From an uncultured Acidobacteriota bacterium (GTDB lineage Bacteria; Acidobacteriota; Thermoanaerobaculia; Multivoradales; JAHEKO01), in contig CAVQNG010000005.1 of the NCBI GenBank assembly GCA_963713825.1, forward strand, positions 320,001 through 384,000: DNA of 64,000 bases. Direction: 5' to 3'. This document shows, piece by piece, positions 49,638 through 59,364 of the stretch. Each line of letters starts with the position of its first letter. Position 1 is the stretch's first letter. Both the position numbers and the translations under genes were made by a program. The notes under the pieces are model-generated. The model was not told the DNA's origin. It was given only the letters and a program-made list of their open reading frames with translations, and did not search any database.

Positions 49638-50066
49638 CTATTTCGATAGCAGGGGCAGGAAGCGCTCCCCGATGGCCTCCGGCTCGTTCATGGGCTTGCC
49701 GGTCAGCTCGAGCCAGGCGTGGGCCTCCAAATCGCCCCCCTGTTTCTGGACGCCGATCTTGAGCTCAGCCTCGACGCCGCGCTTGCGGAGCATTCTTTGC
49801 CGTGTCAGTGAGCGCTCGAGGCACTGCATGCGCCACAAATGATTGTTGGCTGCCGCATCGACGCACCAAGCGAGGCGAGAGTAGTCCTCTCGAGTCGCTT
49901 CCTCTGTCTGTGGTGTCTCGATGACAGGTACCCGAGCCCACGTCTCGACGGCAGGGAACGGTCGTGTTCGCAGCGCCACGCGGAACCCCAGCAGGAGTAT
50001 CCAGGCTTCCACCAGCCAGCGTCTCTCAGCCCAGGTCAGACCAAGGATCTGCTCAGTCTTGCTCAT
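49638..50066 (-). CDS. Lasso peptide B2 leader peptidase (transglutaminase-like)
   Basis: CLERSL...L.IGV...AHAWLE Cys/His motif; overlaps the PqqD gene. Confidence 0.9.
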   Translation of the reverse strand: MSKTEQILGLTWAERRWLVEAWILLLGFRVALRTRPFPAVETWARVPVIETPQTEEATREDYSRLAWCVDAAANNHLWRMQCLERSLTRQRMLRKRGVEAELKIGVQKQGGDLEAHAWLELTGKPMNEPEAIGERFLPLLSK

Positions 50067-50325
50067 GCACGATCTCGAGGAGGCCCTGGTCGCAGAGCTC
50101 CTGCGTCAGTGATTGGAGGTCTCGCTGGAGTCGAGCACCGTCTACCTCGAACTCGTCCAGGAGGTCGAAGGCGGCTTGTTCCAGCGTCCCGTGCTTTTCC
50201 AGGGCCAGCCACATGCGTGTGCCGACGTCGTCGAGGCCAAAATAGAAGCCGGTGGAGAGGTTCAGAAGAACAGTCTCGTTCTCCAACTCTCGAAAGACGA
50301 CCTGTTCTGGTACTTTGACTCGCAC
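50053..50325 (-). CDS. PqqD-family RiPP recognition element (lasso B1)
   Basis: VLLNL..G.YFGLDDVGTRMW..L...EFEVD...DL...L...GLL; GGAGA RBS. Confidence 0.92.
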   Translation of the reverse strand: MRVKVPEQVVFRELENETVLLNLSTGFYFGLDDVGTRMWLALEKHGTLEQAAFDLLDEFEVDGARLQRDLQSLTQELCDQGLLEIVHEQD

Positions 50326-50421
50326 TGCATTCTCCGTGATCGGGTGGCGGCTTCCCGGGTAGGATAGCAGCGCATGCTGACAACATGCGGAGGACTATCG
50401 ACAGTACCGAGGTTTTGAATC

Positions 50422-51240
50422 GTGACGACAGAAGGCAAGAAGAAGGAAGTGGGAACGTGGTGGGTATCCGGCTTGCGTGTCGCTAGCGATCGCCCGCTGA
50501 TCGAAGTCGAACCGAGCAGTGACCAAGACGTGGATCTGCAAGTGCTGTTTCGGGCTGATCCGGGGAGCGAGGTCGATGTCGGAGTGCTTTCCTCGGCCGA
50601 CAGCTCAGGCGACTGGTTCAAGTTGATGGATAAGGACGCAGCGCTGGCGTGGATCCGCGCTGACGGGCGATTGGCCCTGGTCGCGGAGGGCGAGGCGTTG
50701 GTCCGCGGTTTCGATGCATTGGTTCGACGGGTCGTGCCTTTCGCAGCTGCTTTGCAGGACCGGGTTGTACTCCACGCCTCGTCGGTCCTTGCTGATGACG
50801 GTGTGCATGCGTTTATCGGTGCCAGTGGCGCTGGCAAGTCGAGCCTCGCGGAGTGCCTGGGCGATCAGGGGTTCCCCGTTCTGTCGGATGATCTGTTGCT
50901 GTGCCTACCGACCGATACCGGGATCGTGATCCCGCGCCCAGGGCAGGATGAAGACGACGAGTCGGGGCCCGCACTCGCCGCCGTCTATTTCGTCGAGCGT
51001 GAGGTGGCGCTCGACAAGATCGATCTCCAGGAGATGGCTGAGGAGGAGTGTTTCAAAGGTCTGCTGCAGCACGGTTTCGGAGAGTTGAGTGTTCCGAAGA
51101 TCTGGGCAGCCCAGTTCGAGCTCTACTCGATCATCTCGGAGCAGTGCAAAGCCTACCGGCTGCGGCTCCCCGATTCTCTGGGACGGCTCGCAGAGTCCGC
51201 TGAGACCTTGGCTCGAGGCTGGAGCCCGGTCCAAGATTGA
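50422..51240 (+). CDS. HPr-kinase-related kinase
   Basis: LHASSV, P-loop GASGAGKSSL and LSDD motifs. Confidence 0.82.
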   Translation: MTTEGKKKEVGTWWVSGLRVASDRPLIEVEPSSDQDVDLQVLFRADPGSEVDVGVLSSADSSGDWFKLMDKDAALAWIRADGRLALVAEGEALVRGFDALVRRVVPFAAALQDRVVLHASSVLADDGVHAFIGASGAGKSSLAECLGDQGFPVLSDDLLLCLPTDTGIVIPRPGQDEDDESGPALAAVYFVEREVALDKIDLQEMAEEECFKGLLQHGFGELSVPKIWAAQFELYSIISEQCKAYRLRLPDSLGRLAESAETLARGWSPVQD

Positions 51241-51262
51241 CCCCTTCGCCAACCCAGCCGAC

Positions 51263-53203
51263 ATGAGTGGCATCGCCGGAATCGTGCATTGGGATGGTCG
51301 CCCAGTGGCGGATGGCGATCTCGGACGCATGCTGGGGGCGATCCGCCACCGCGGGCCCGATGGCCTGGTAGGAGAGGTCACAGAGTCGGTGGCGCTCGGA
51401 CAGGCGAGGCTCGCAATGCGGGCTGAGGAGCGAGAGCACACCCAGCCGGTGTGGCTGCCAGACCGCTCTTGCGCCATCGTGGCGGACGCCAGGCTCTACA
51501 ACCGGGAAGAGCTTCTGAGCGATATGGCTGGCGCGAATCGGATCGCCGGCCCGGCTTCGGATGCTGCGCTTCTTCTCGCGGGTTACGAGCGCTGGGGCGT
51601 CGAGGTGCTTCAGCGCCTCAATGGTGACTTCGCTTTCGCCATCTGGGACTCGTCGAAACAGCAGATCTTCGCGGCTCGGGATCCGTTCGGAGCCAAGCCA
51701 TTCGTATTCTGGTCCGGCAGCGACACGTTTCGATTCGGTTCCGAGCCGAAGCAGCTCCTGATCTTCCCCGAAGTGCCGGTTGAGCCCGAGAGTCAGACCG
51801 TCGTCGAGCATCTTCTGGACTTGCCAAAGGCTCGGGAGCTGACCTTCTTCCGTGGGGTGCATCGGCTGCGGGCCGCGCACTTCCTGGTGGCTTCTGCCGA
51901 CGGCATCGCCCAGCGCACCTATTGGCACCCAGAGAGCCTCGGTCTTCTCGAGCTGTCTTCAGAGGAAGAGGCCTTCGATCGCTTTCGCGCTTTGTTCAAG
52001 CAGTCCATCGCAAGTCGACTCGGGACCGACGGGTCTGTCGGTGCGCAGCTGAGCGGAGGTTTGGACTCCTCATCGGTGGCTGCCATGGCGGCGGAGATCT
52101 ACGGCGACGCAGGCGAGGATCTGCCCCAGCTGGAGACCATTTCGGAAACCTATGCGAGTTTTCCCTGCGACGAGACTCCTTACATCGAAACGATGGCCGA
52201 GTGGCTTCCTTTTCCCTCTCGTCGGATCGATTGCTCGGAATTCGATTTCGCCTCGTCGATCGAGACGGAGGTCTGGAATGAAGATGGGCCGACCGCAGAG
52301 CTGACCCCGGACCGGACCCGGAGCAACTCCGAGGTGTTGTCGAGTTTCGATGCGCGGATCCTGATGACCGGGTATGGAGGGGATGAGCTGACCTGGGATC
52401 CGGAATGGGCTCCCGACCTGCTGAAGCAGGGTCGGGTGCTGTCGGCCTTGGAGCAGTCCTGGCAGCTGAGCCGTTTACCGGAAGAGGATGCCTTGCCGTC
52501 GATCCTCAAGAGGGCGATCGTGCAATCAATACCCGAGAGCCTGAGGGCGTCCTTGGCAGCGATACGTCCGCGAAGGACCCTGGAGTGGCCCGTTCACCTG
52601 CAGCCTGATCTGCTTCGCCCTATCGGAGATGTCGAAGAGCCCCTCGAGTCGAGGAACACGTCCTTCTCGTCTGCCCAGCGAACCGTCCTCCGATGGCTCA
52701 CCGACCCTCTGCTGTATTGGAATCTGGAACGGCTCGAACAGCGGTACGCGTTCTGGGGCGTGGAGATGAGGCATCCCTTCTTCGACAGAGGATTGGCCGA
52801 GTTGGTTCTGACCACTCCGTTCGAACGTAGGGTCGCTCCGCCCAGCAGGCGCAAGGCGCTGCTGCAAGAGGCTATGCAAGGGATCCTGCCGCCAGAGATT
52901 CTCCGGCGGCGCAGTCAGGTCGTGTTCGACTCCTACTTCCAGGAGGCCTGGCGGCAGTGGCAGCCACGTTTGAGGGCAGTGATCCACTCCTCAGATGCAT
53001 GGCTCTCTGAGCCCTATACTGATCGAGAGACAGTCCTCTCGTGGCTGGAATCACCGGCCCGGGATGAGACGATGCCGATGCGGGTGCTGTCGCAGGTCTG
53101 GGCAGCCTTGGGTCTGGAGGTTTGGCTCAGGGGCCTTGGTCGCTACTCGGCTGCGGAGTATGATGATGCATCGCAATCGCTGGGAGATGAAGACCATGCC
53201 TGA
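51263..53203 (+). CDS. Lasso cyclase (asparagine synthetase-like isopeptide bond-forming enzyme)
   Basis: MSGIAG start (Ser replaces the glutaminase Cys); LSGGLDSS, TGYGGDEL and RHPFFD motifs; flanked by B1/B2 and the precursor. Confidence 0.88.
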   Translation: MSGIAGIVHWDGRPVADGDLGRMLGAIRHRGPDGLVGEVTESVALGQARLAMRAEEREHTQPVWLPDRSCAIVADARLYNREELLSDMAGANRIAGPASDAALLLAGYERWGVEVLQRLNGDFAFAIWDSSKQQIFAARDPFGAKPFVFWSGSDTFRFGSEPKQLLIFPEVPVEPESQTVVEHLLDLPKARELTFFRGVHRLRAAHFLVASADGIAQRTYWHPESLGLLELSSEEEAFDRFRALFKQSIASRLGTDGSVGAQLSGGLDSSSVAAMAAEIYGDAGEDLPQLETISETYASFPCDETPYIETMAEWLPFPSRRIDCSEFDFASSIETEVWNEDGPTAELTPDRTRSNSEVLSSFDARILMTGYGGDELTWDPEWAPDLLKQGRVLSALEQSWQLSRLPEEDALPSILKRAIVQSIPESLRASLAAIRPRRTLEWPVHLQPDLLRPIGDVEEPLESRNTSFSSAQRTVLRWLTDPLLYWNLERLEQRYAFWGVEMRHPFFDRGLAELVLTTPFERRVAPPSRRKALLQEAMQGILPPEILRRRSQVVFDSYFQEAWRQWQPRLRAVIHSSDAWLSEPYTDRETVLSWLESPARDETMPMRVLSQVWAALGLEVWLRGLGRYSAAEYDDASQSLGDEDHA

Positions 53204-53357
53204 CAACTATCGCGACCCGAAAAGAAACCAAAGCGGCTCGAAGACTCGCAAACCCTACAACAAGCCCGAGCTGAAGAAGCACGGCCACATGGCCGACGTC
53301 ACCCAGAAGAGCGGTAACAACTTCGACAATAGCCAACAGTGGCAGTCGAAGAAGTAG
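53196..53357 (+). CDS. Lasso peptide precursor, 53 aa: leader ...KPYNKPELKKHGHMADVTQ, core KSGNNFDNSQQWQSKK
   Basis: YxxPxLxxxGxxxxxT leader signature; overlaps the cyclase stop; GGAG upstream; double TAG stop. Confidence 0.85.
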   Translation: MPDNYRDPKRNQSGSKTRKPYNKPELKKHGHMADVTQKSGNNFDNSQQWQSKK

Positions 53358-53379
53358 TAGGTCTCTCGCCGCTTGGCGC

Positions 53380-54198
53380 ATGCCTCGCACGCCCCTTACA
53401 GCACGACTCTTCTGCTTTTCCGATGGCGTTTTCCGCCAGGTCAATTCTGCGATCTTGGCCCTTTATCAGGGCTTCTGGTTGGGTTGGATGGGATCGAAGT
53501 CCCTGAACGAAGCGACTCGCCTCTACTACGCGGGACGATCGAAGTACCTGGACTCCGAGTACAACACCTCAGGCTTGAAGGACTGGGAGGCTCGTATCGC
53601 GGATCGCTACTTCAGCGACTGTCGGACCTTGCTCGTCGGTGCTGTTGGTGGCGGGAGAGAAGCGGTGGCTCTGGCCGAGAGAGGAAAGGCTGTTACGGCC
53701 TTCGAATGCTCCGCAGAACTGGCCCAGAGTGCCCGTGATGTGCTTTCCAGAGAGGGACTGATTGCCGAGGTGATGACGGTGGCCCCCAGCGAGGTGCCAA
53801 GTCTCGACACCTGTTTCGATGGAGCTGTGGTGGGCCTGGGTGGCTACATGCACATCCCGGGCAAGGCCGTCAGAGTGCGCTTCCTCCAGGATCTTCGAGA
53901 TCGGGTCGAGTCTGGAGCGCCGCTGCTACTCTCCTTCTTCACCCGCACTCCCGACTCTCGGTTCTTCCTCTGGAGCCGAAGGGTGGCCCGTTTCATTCGC
54001 CGACTTCGATTCAGCCGGGAGGAGGTGGATCTGGGGGACGCGGTGGACAGGTCCTTCGACCATCACTTCACGCAGGAAGAGATTGCCGCTGAGCTGGCCG
54101 CCGCCGGCTTCGAGCTGGTCGACTACGGCGAGGACCCGATAGGCCATGCCGTGGGCCTGGCTACACGTGTGATTCCTCGAACTGCTCCTCTTCGGTAG
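53380..54198 (+). CDS. Class I SAM-dependent methyltransferase-like protein
   Basis: [11 protein letters not shown] (degenerate motif I), AFEC, FDGAV..Y.HIP; starts 22 nt after the precursor. Confidence 0.72.
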   Translation: MPRTPLTARLFCFSDGVFRQVNSAILALYQGFWLGWMGSKSLNEATRLYYAGRSKYLDSEYNTSGLKDWEARIADRYFSDCRTLLVGAVGGGREAVALAERGKAVTAFECSAELAQSARDVLSREGLIAEVMTVAPSEVPSLDTCFDGAVVGLGGYMHIPGKAVRVRFLQDLRDRVESGAPLLLSFFTRTPDSRFFLWSRRVARFIRRLRFSREEVDLGDAVDRSFDHHFTQEEIAAELAAAGFELVDYGEDPIGHAVGLATRVIPRTAPLR

Positions 54199-55447
54199 AG
54201 CCCTGGATGGCCGATAGAACGTCGCTCTGGGTGATGAGAGTGGTGATCAGGTCGAAGTAGCCGGCCCCCACTTCACGCTGGTGCTTGGTGGCGGTGTAGC
54301 CGCTGGTTTCGGCTGCGAACTCCTGCTCCTGGAGCTCCACGTAGGCCGCCATCTGCCGTGCCTTGTAGCCCTTGGCCAGCTCGAACATGACGTAGTTCAA
54401 GGAGTGGAAACCGGCCAGGGTGATGAACTGGAAGCGGTAGCCCATTGTCGCCAACGCGCGCTGGAACTTGGCGATGGTCGCATCGTCCAGGTTCTTTTTC
54501 CAGTTGAAGGAGGGTGAGCAGTTGTAGGCCAGGGGCTTGCCTGGGAACTTCTCGTGGATGGCGTCGGCGAACTGCTGCGCCTCGTCCAGGTCCGGATGGG
54601 CGGTCTCGCACCAGATAAGGTCGCAGTAGGGAGCGTAGGACAGGCCCCGCCCGATGGCCTGCTCCAGGCCGGCCTTGACCATGTAGAGGCCTTCGATGGT
54701 CCTCTCTTGACTGACCAGGAAGGGATGGTCGCGCTCGTCCACGTCAGAGGTGAGCAGACTGGCAGCATTGGCGTCGGTGCGGGCGATCAGCACGGTCGGC
54801 ACGCCCATGACATCGGCTGCCAGGCGAGCCGCTACCAGTTTCTCGATCGCATGGCCGGTGTGGACCAGCACCTTGCCGCCCATGTGTCCGCACTTCTTGG
54901 CGGAGGAGAGCTGATCTTCGAAGTGCACGCCCGCCGCCCCGGCCTCGATCATCGCTTTCATGAGCTCGAAGGCGTTGAGCACGCCGCCGAAGCCGGCTTC
55001 GGCATCAGCCACGATGGGCTTGAACCAATCCACGGATTCGTCGCCTTCGGAGTGGTGGATCTGATCGGCCCGCTGCAAGGTGTTGTTGATCTTGCGCACG
55101 AGGGCCGGAGCCGAATCGGCGGGGTAGAGGGACTGGTCGGGGTACATGGCCCCCGCTTCGTTGGCGTCGGCGGCGACCTGCCAGCCGGAGCAGTAGATGG
55201 CGTTCAGTCCGGCCTTGACCTGCTGCATGGCCTGATTGCCGGTCACGGCGCCCAGGGCGTTGACGAAGTCCTCCTCGTGAAGGGAGCGCCACAGTTTCTC
55301 CGCGCCGACGCGAGCCAGCGTGTACTCGATCTGCAGACTTCCCCTGAGGCGAATGACATCTTCGGCCGTGTAGGGGCGCTCGATGCCCGCCCATCGTGGG
55401 TCCTCGTTCCATTCCTTCTTCAGCTGGGCAGCTGTTGGTTGGGTCAT
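54161..55447 (-). CDS. aceA: Isocitrate lyase
   Basis: [19 protein letters not shown] and YNCSPSFNW motifs. Confidence 0.98.
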   Translation of the reverse strand: MTQPTAAQLKKEWNEDPRWAGIERPYTAEDVIRLRGSLQIEYTLARVGAEKLWRSLHEEDFVNALGAVTGNQAMQQVKAGLNAIYCSGWQVAADANEAGAMYPDQSLYPADSAPALVRKINNTLQRADQIHHSEGDESVDWFKPIVADAEAGFGGVLNAFELMKAMIEAGAAGVHFEDQLSSAKKCGHMGGKVLVHTGHAIEKLVAARLAADVMGVPTVLIARTDANAASLLTSDVDERDHPFLVSQERTIEGLYMVKAGLEQAIGRGLSYAPYCDLIWCETAHPDLDEAQQFADAIHEKFPGKPLAYNCSPSFNWKKNLDDATIAKFQRALATMGYRFQFITLAGFHSLNYVMFELAKGYKARQMAAYVELQEQEFAAETSGYTATKHQREVGAGYFDLITTLITQSDVLSAIQGSTEEEQFEESHV

Positions 55448-55493
55448 TTCGCTTCTCCTCTCGAAATCAGATGGCTCGCTTCCTGCAGTCCGA

Positions 55494-57179
55494 TTACTGC
55501 ACCAGATCCGAGCGCATCTTCAAGAACGGGCGGAACTCGTCTTCCGTGAAGATGGCGCAGGCGTCGTCCTTCGCCTGCCTGTAACGCCCAAGCTCCGCTT
55601 CGATGATCTCTTCGTCGAGACCGAGCATGAACTCCCGAATCTCCTCTTCGATTTTCTGCAGCTCTTCGTCGAACACGCTTTGCACGAGCTCCTCGGTGAC
55701 CTCGATCCCATCGTCGAGCCTGACGCTGTTGTGCAGCCACTGCCAGATTTGAGCTCGCGAGATCTCCAGGGTGGCCAGATCCTCCATGAGGTCGTCCCAG
55801 GCGACACAGCCGATGTCCTGATTCCAACCCTTGACGTAGGCAATGCCGACGCGCACGTTCGTGCGTACGCCCTCGAGCGTCAGCGGCGGTGTGGCCTCCG
55901 GTAGTAGCTCGGGCTGGTCGTCGATATCGGGGATCACATCGAGTTGGTTCTTCTTCGGGAAGGCCGACATGGCCGGCGCGATGAAGTAGGGGTGTGACAC
56001 CCAACAGCCGTCGTGGCCGAGGGCGAACTCGAACCGCTTGTCCTCGACGACCTTCTCGGTCTGCTCCTGGCGGCGCTCGGCGGTGCTGCCGGGTGTGAAG
56101 GCAGCCATGCCACCCATGGCGAACGCGCCGTGACGATGGCAGATCTTGATCAGCCGCTTGGCGTAGTTCTCCATCCATGGACGATTCATGGAGATCGACG
56201 CGCGATCGGCAAGAACACGATCCGGATGGCCCTTCAGCGTCTTGATATCGCTGAAGATCTTGTCCCAGCGCCCGACGTTGAGACCCGTCGCATGATCCCG
56301 AAGCTCGTAGAGGATCTCTTCCATCTGGAAGGCGGCCGGCAAGGTCTCGATCAGAAAAGTCGAACGCAGCGAGCTCTTCGGCAGCTCCATCTCTTCCTCG
56401 AGGCGGGTGAACAGCGTGTTCCACCATCGGGCTTCGAGGTAGTGCTCGACCTTCGGCACATAGTATTTGGGCGTCTTGCCCTGGGCCCTGAGCACCTTGG
56501 CGGTGTGGAAGACCGCAAGGGTCAGATCCATGATGCCACCTGCCAGGGGTTGGCCGTCGACGCGGAGGTTCGACTCTTCCAGGTGCAGGCCGCGACAGCG
56601 CACCATGAGCAGGGGCATGTCCTCGGGGTCGAGTTGGTAGATCTTCTCCGGCTCCTCACCCTGGGCTGGCTTGACGAAGCTGAGAGTACCGACGGACGCG
56701 GCTGCCAGATTCTCGACGCCCTGCAGCACATTGGCCCAGGCCGGCTTCATGGAGTCTTCGAAGTCGAGCATCGCCGCATCGGCCCGATCGCCAGTCGCGG
56801 TGCGACTGAGCATGTTGATGACCATCTTGGTGTCGTTGATCGGCCCGGTGATCTCCACCCTGCGCTGGAGCAGATCTTCGGCGAGGGGAGCTATCTTCCA
56901 ATCGCCTCGTGCGATCTGTGCGACCTCTCCCTCGAGGAATCCGGGGACGCCACCCGCATCCCAGGATTTCTGACGCTCGACCCGAGCTGCCAGCAGCTCC
57001 TGACGGGCCGGCTGCAGCTCCCGGTGCAGACGCACCAAGAGAGCGGTGACTTCTGGCACGAGAATGCGCTCCGCTTGGGGATTCCAGGCCGGCAGATTGA
57101 TCTCCAGACCCTCTGATAGGCCCTTCCAGGTTATGGTTCCCGAAGTCGCGTCGCCCTTCGCAGTTCTCACCTCGGTCAT
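55494..57179 (-). CDS. aceB: Malate synthase A
   Basis: [28 protein letters not shown] and [12 protein letters not shown] motifs; adjacent to aceA. Confidence 0.93.
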   Translation of the reverse strand: MTEVRTAKGDATSGTITWKGLSEGLEINLPAWNPQAERILVPEVTALLVRLHRELQPARQELLAARVERQKSWDAGGVPGFLEGEVAQIARGDWKIAPLAEDLLQRRVEITGPINDTKMVINMLSRTATGDRADAAMLDFEDSMKPAWANVLQGVENLAAASVGTLSFVKPAQGEEPEKIYQLDPEDMPLLMVRCRGLHLEESNLRVDGQPLAGGIMDLTLAVFHTAKVLRAQGKTPKYYVPKVEHYLEARWWNTLFTRLEEEMELPKSSLRSTFLIETLPAAFQMEEILYELRDHATGLNVGRWDKIFSDIKTLKGHPDRVLADRASISMNRPWMENYAKRLIKICHRHGAFAMGGMAAFTPGSTAERRQEQTEKVVEDKRFEFALGHDGCWVSHPYFIAPAMSAFPKKNQLDVIPDIDDQPELLPEATPPLTLEGVRTNVRVGIAYVKGWNQDIGCVAWDDLMEDLATLEISRAQIWQWLHNSVRLDDGIEVTEELVQSVFDEELQKIEEEIREFMLGLDEEIIEAELGRYRQAKDDACAIFTEDEFRPFLKMRSDLVQ

Positions 57180-57242
57180 GCTGTGTCCTCCGATTTTGGC
57201 ACCGATCCAAGTGCCTTGACGAAGCCCTTTCGGGCTAGGAAC

Positions 57243-57271
57243 AGTCTATGGCGAAATCACACCAGTGGCAA
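57243..57271 (-). promoter_or_regulatory. Sigma70-type promoter of aceBA
   Basis: TTGCCA-17 nt-TAGACT on the minus strand. Confidence 0.6.
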
Positions 57272-57315
57272 TCGGAAGCGGGGCTGAAATCGGTCCGATT
57301 CACGTCGGTCTTCGC

Positions 57316-57344
57316 TTGACATCGGGGTATCGTGGCGCTACCCT
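57316..57344 (+). promoter_or_regulatory. Sigma70-type promoter of the tetR-RND operon
   Basis: TTGACA-17 nt-TACCCT. Confidence 0.65.
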
Positions 57345-57379
57345 ACCGAACGGTCGGAAGCTCCCGACCGTTCGGTAGG
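57342..57379. promoter_or_regulatory. Perfect 16-bp inverted repeat, probable TetR operator
   Basis: CCTACCGAACGGTCGG-aagctc-CCGACCGTTCGGTAGG, overlapping the -10 box and the RBS. Confidence 0.75.
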
Positions 57380-57385
57380 AGGTGA

Positions 57386-58012
57386 GTGTTGGTCACGGTG
57401 TCCCAAACAACGCATGAAAAGCTGCTTCTGGAGGCCACGGCGCTCTTTGCGCGTCGCGGCTACGGAGGAGCCTCCATGTCCGAGATCGCCGAGCGTGTCG
57501 GTGTGCGCAAGGCGAGTCTCTACAACTATTACGATTCGAAGGCGGATCTACTGATGGACCTTCTGGGCCGGAGTCTCGCTGCTTGGGAGATGGCGAGTCG
57601 ACCCGCACTCGAAGGGCCTGGCACTACCGAGGAGCGCCTCGGGGCCTACCTGAAGGCAGCGACGGCTTTTGCCGACCGCAACCCGCAGGCCGTGGGTATC
57701 GTACGTATGGCTGCTACCCAGGTCGGGGGCGAGTTGCGCGGCCAGGTGAACGATCTGCTGACCGAGCACGAGCAGGCTTCACGAGGCCGGGTGGTCGACT
57801 TCTTCGCTGAGGCAGTGGAGAAGGGGGAGATCGAACCGGCAGCGCCGGAAGAGCTCGCCCTCTTTCTAGCGACCTTTCTCCACGGCCTGCTGATCAGCCA
57901 GATTCTCGCCACCAGCAAAGCGCATGAATTCAAGGATCACCTTCCCCAGTTGTGGGAGTTCTTTTGGCGGGGTGTCAGCGGGAGGAAGCCCCAGATGGAG
58001 TTCGAACAATGA
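57386..58012 (+). CDS. TetR/AcrR-family transcriptional regulator
   Basis: LFARRGY..ASMSEIAERVGVRKASLYNYYDSKADL HTH; exact start uncertain. Confidence 0.93.
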   Translation: MLVTVSQTTHEKLLLEATALFARRGYGGASMSEIAERVGVRKASLYNYYDSKADLLMDLLGRSLAAWEMASRPALEGPGTTEERLGAYLKAATAFADRNPQAVGIVRMAATQVGGELRGQVNDLLTEHEQASRGRVVDFFAEAVEKGEIEPAAPEELALFLATFLHGLLISQILATSKAHEFKDHLPQLWEFFWRGVSGRKPQMEFEQ

Positions 58013-59364
58013 ATCGTTATCTCGGTGTGATGGGAATCCTCTGCCTTCTCGCCTTGCCTGTGGCGGCTGCGGAGGAGGTTCTGGATCTGGAGCGGGCCAT
58101 CGATCTCGCTCTGCAGAACAATCCGTTCCTGAAGTCGATCGAGGAGAGGCGCCACCAGGTGGAGGCAGGAGTCAGGGAAGCCTGGGCCGATGTCTATCCG
58201 CAGGTGGCATTCCGGGGCGGCTGGAATCGCTCGCGCAACCCCTCGCTGCTCAATAGCGCGGATTTCGAAGACCTGATCGAGCTGTTTCCGGACTACAGTC
58301 CTCAGCAGCAGGACCTCTACAACCTGGGGTTCGATTTGTCGCAGCCGATCTATCACGCCGGCAAGATCGGCGCCGGGATCAAGCTTGCGAAGCTGGTCGT
58401 GGAGATCACCGACGCGCAAATAGCCTCGGCTCAACTGGATGCCGGGCTGATCGCCTCGGAGACGTACTTCCGGGTTCTGGAGTCCCGTGAGGGCTTGGCG
58501 ACGATCGAGATCCAGCGACAGGCGCGACAGGAGTCGCTGGCTGTCGTCCAGACACGATACGACCTGGGAGATGCCACCGAGCTGGAGATGCTGCAGGCCA
58601 AGGCCGCTCTGGCCGAGCTCGATCCGATCATCGACCGGGCCAGAGGCGCTGTACGGGTCGCCATTATCGATCTCAAGGCGGTGCTCAACCTCGACGCCGA
58701 TCCGAACGTGCAGGAGGTCGAGGACCCGCTGCCGGCCATGCCGGAGAAGGACAGGACACTGATGTTCGCCCTCGACACCCGGCCAGAATTCGACGATCTG
58801 GAGCTTCAATTGGACGCCTACGACAAGCAGAAGAGGATCGTCAAAGCGGACCAACTACCACAGATCGACCTCAACGGGCTCTATGGGCACACGGTTCGAG
58901 TGCCGGAGAACTGGAATGATCCGCTGTACTCCGACTGGGCCGTGGCCATCGGTCTGCGATGGGAGTTCTTCAATGGCGGGCGGGTCAAATCGCAGGTGGC
59001 GGGCCTGGAGAGCCAGAAGCAGCAGGTGGCGTGGGAGTTGGAGGCGCTGTTCAATCGAGTGGAGCAGGAGGTCGAATCTGCGATCACCGAATACTCGGCA
59101 GCTTTGTCCCAGTGGGCGGCGGCTGAGATTTCCGTCCAGGCAGCCCGCGAGGCGAGTCGTGTAGCTCGGGAGAGTTACGAAGAGGGAGTGGCCCTGCAGA
59201 CCGATTGGTTGACCGCGCAGGAGCGCGAAATCTCGGCCGAGGTGGTGCGGGTGCAGTCGTATTACGGAGCCAGGACCAGCGTCGCCCGCCTTGCCAGAGC
59301 GGTCGGCTTGCAGGCGGACGAAGTCTGGCAATTTACTGGACACGATACGGGAGAGCAACCATGA
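58009..59364 (+). CDS. TolC-family outer-membrane efflux protein
   Basis: Signal peptide; LERAIDLALQNNP, YDLG...ML and YEEG...DWL motifs; ATGA overlap. Confidence 0.9.
   Translation: MNRYLGVMGILCLLALPVAAAEEVLDLERAIDLALQNNPFLKSIEERRHQVEAGVREAWADVYPQVAFRGGWNRSRNPSLLNSADFEDLIELFPDYSPQQQDLYNLGFDLSQPIYHAGKIGAGIKLAKLVVEITDAQIASAQLDAGLIASETYFRVLESREGLATIEIQRQARQESLAVVQTRYDLGDATELEMLQAKAALAELDPIIDRARGAVRVAIIDLKAVLNLDADPNVQEVEDPLPAMPEKDRTLMFALDTRPEFDDLELQLDAYDKQKRIVKADQLPQIDLNGLYGHTVRVPENWNDPLYSDWAVAIGLRWEFFNGGRVKSQVAGLESQKQQVAWELEALFNRVEQEVESAITEYSAALSQWAAAEISVQAAREASRVARESYEEGVALQTDWLTAQEREISAEVVRVQSYYGARTSVARLARAVGLQADEVWQFTGHDTGEQP

Noticed and set aside
52995-53195. N-terminal part of the 120-aa ORF 52995-53357
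   Set aside because: It overlaps the cyclase in another frame; only the last 53 codons or so look like a real gene.
51263-53203. Housekeeping asparagine synthetase AsnB or EPS amidotransferase
   Set aside because: The catalytic Cys1 is Ser, and the gene is flanked by B1, B2 and a lasso-type precursor.
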